DNA of 64,000 nucleotides from an uncultured Verrucomicrobiota bacterium (GTDB lineage Bacteria; Verrucomicrobiota; Verrucomicrobiia; Limisphaerales; UBA9464): NCBI GenBank assembly GCA_903821635.1, contig CAIJLV010000150.1, positions 25,551 to 89,550 of the forward strand, read 5' to 3'. Shown piece by piece: positions 63,290 to 64,000 of this stretch (position 1 is its first letter; each line of letters starts with the position of its first letter). The notes under the pieces were generated by a model. It saw only the letters and a program-made list of their open reading frames with translations, ran no database searches and was not told where the DNA came from. The position numbers and the translations under genes were made by a program.

Positions 63290-63367
63290 TGGTGAACTTA
63301 CTGAGGCTTCACCTTACTCCTTGTCGGCCCTTGGTGGCTGCCGACCGCCCGTCTTCCGACACTATTC

Positions 63368-63394
63368 TCATCGGTGAAACCGCAAATTACTTAA
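63368..63394 (-). promoter_or_regulatory. Sigma-28-type promoter upstream of fliC
   Basis: The minus strand reads TAAG-N15-CCGATGA, about 135 nt upstream of the fliC ATG. Confidence 0.55.
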
Positions 63395-63708
63395 GCCCCA
63401 CTGAACATCCCCCCCAGACCCGACTCTGGGCTGAACCCCTCGAACCGGGAGTTTACCGCCCCAAAGGGCACACCCACTCTCACCGAAGCCATTGAATAGG
63501 AGGACTTTAAAAGCTGACGTCGGCCAGTCACACCAGCTTGGAAGCGGCCCACCGTTGGAGTTTTGACGGCCCCGATTCCAAGCCAGGGAAACCACCTCAG
63601 CCTAGGTAAGCACAGGCAAGGCACGCCGCGGCGGAGCCGGGACGTTCGGTGCTGGCGCCTTAGCGACGGGTTCGCCGCCGGGTGCCGACTGAACCGTAGG
63701 GAGGAAGG

Positions 63709-64000
63709 TCAGCCCACTTTGCCGAGCACTTCGCCGAGCGTTTGAACCAAGCGCTGGTTCTCCGCCGGAGTGCCGATCGAAATGCGGAGCCATTCGCTCA
63801 ACTGGTAACTGGCCATCGGCCGCGTGATGAGTCCACGGCGTTGCAGTTCCGCAAAGAGCCGGCCGCCGTCGCCCACTTTGACGAGCACGAAATTGGCGTG
63901 GGACGGCACGAATTCGAGGCCCATGCGGGTGAAGGCGGCCTGCAGGAAGTCGCGCCCCTGGCGGTTGTTCTCGCGGGTGGCCACGAGGTGTTCCTCGTCG
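63709..64000 (-). CDS. hisC: Histidinol-phosphate aminotransferase, 3' portion; the 5' end lies outside the window
   Basis: 'FVPSHANFVLVKVGDG..LFAELQRRGLITRPMASYQLSEWLRISIGTPAENQRLVQTL' is typical of the HisC C-terminus. The frame is open to the window edge. Confidence 0.75.
   Translation of the reverse strand, partial: DEEHLVATRENNRQGRDFLQAAFTRMGLEFVPSHANFVLVKVGDGGRLFAELQRRGLITRPMASYQLSEWLRISIGTPAENQRLVQTLGEVLGKVG

Overview
This is a high-GC bacterial chromosomal window. The gene content looks like the PVC superphylum, probably Verrucomicrobiota-like: a CxxCH/HEAT 'membrane-bound dehydrogenase' protein, an exosortase-EpsI fusion and giant secreted repeat proteins. That phylum assignment is an inference. 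From left to right the window contains: (1) The end of an Ig-repeat protein, an IS66 remnant and a decayed VapBC pair. (2) A housekeeping block with a BlaI-type repressor, purU, a SIS protein, a tandem Usp, an MsrB-MsrA fusion, a NagB-like protein, the heme/HEAT protein and exosortase plus a TPR protein. (3) A ~5.5-kb degraded integrative element. It is bounded by a 39-nt copy of the 5' half of tRNA-Arg(CCT) and by the intact tRNA. It carries a 3'-truncated integrase, a DNA-methyltransferase remnant, one dead and one intact PIN toxin-antitoxin pair, and other gene fragments. (4) An ~18-kb minus-strand operon of six secreted or giant proteins. These are a BNR-propeller protein, a phage-tail-collar protein, a 2812-aa LamG/helical protein whose C-terminus resembles Tc-toxin A subunits, a small secreted protein, a MORN/YwqK membrane protein, and a 1387-aa protein of seven repeated modules plus three Ig domains. 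I cannot assign this operon to any named system, and it is the best candidate for something new. (5) A MetE-like gene and a phosphodiester glycosidase. (6) A large chemotaxis cluster (split Aer-like receptor, cheR, cheB, cheY, PAS-MCP, cheW, cheA, receiver-kinase hybrid, frameshifted cheY-like gene, soluble MCP-like protein). Next to it are an HsbR/HsbA-like partner-switching pair and late flagellar genes (fliT-like, fliS, flgM-like, lipoprotein, fliD, fliC). A sigma-28-type promoter motif recurs five to six times in this part, and the fliC leader has a CsrA-type GGA hairpin. (7) The 3' end of hisC. Many long antisense ORFs in the track are high-GC shadow ORFs and are not called.
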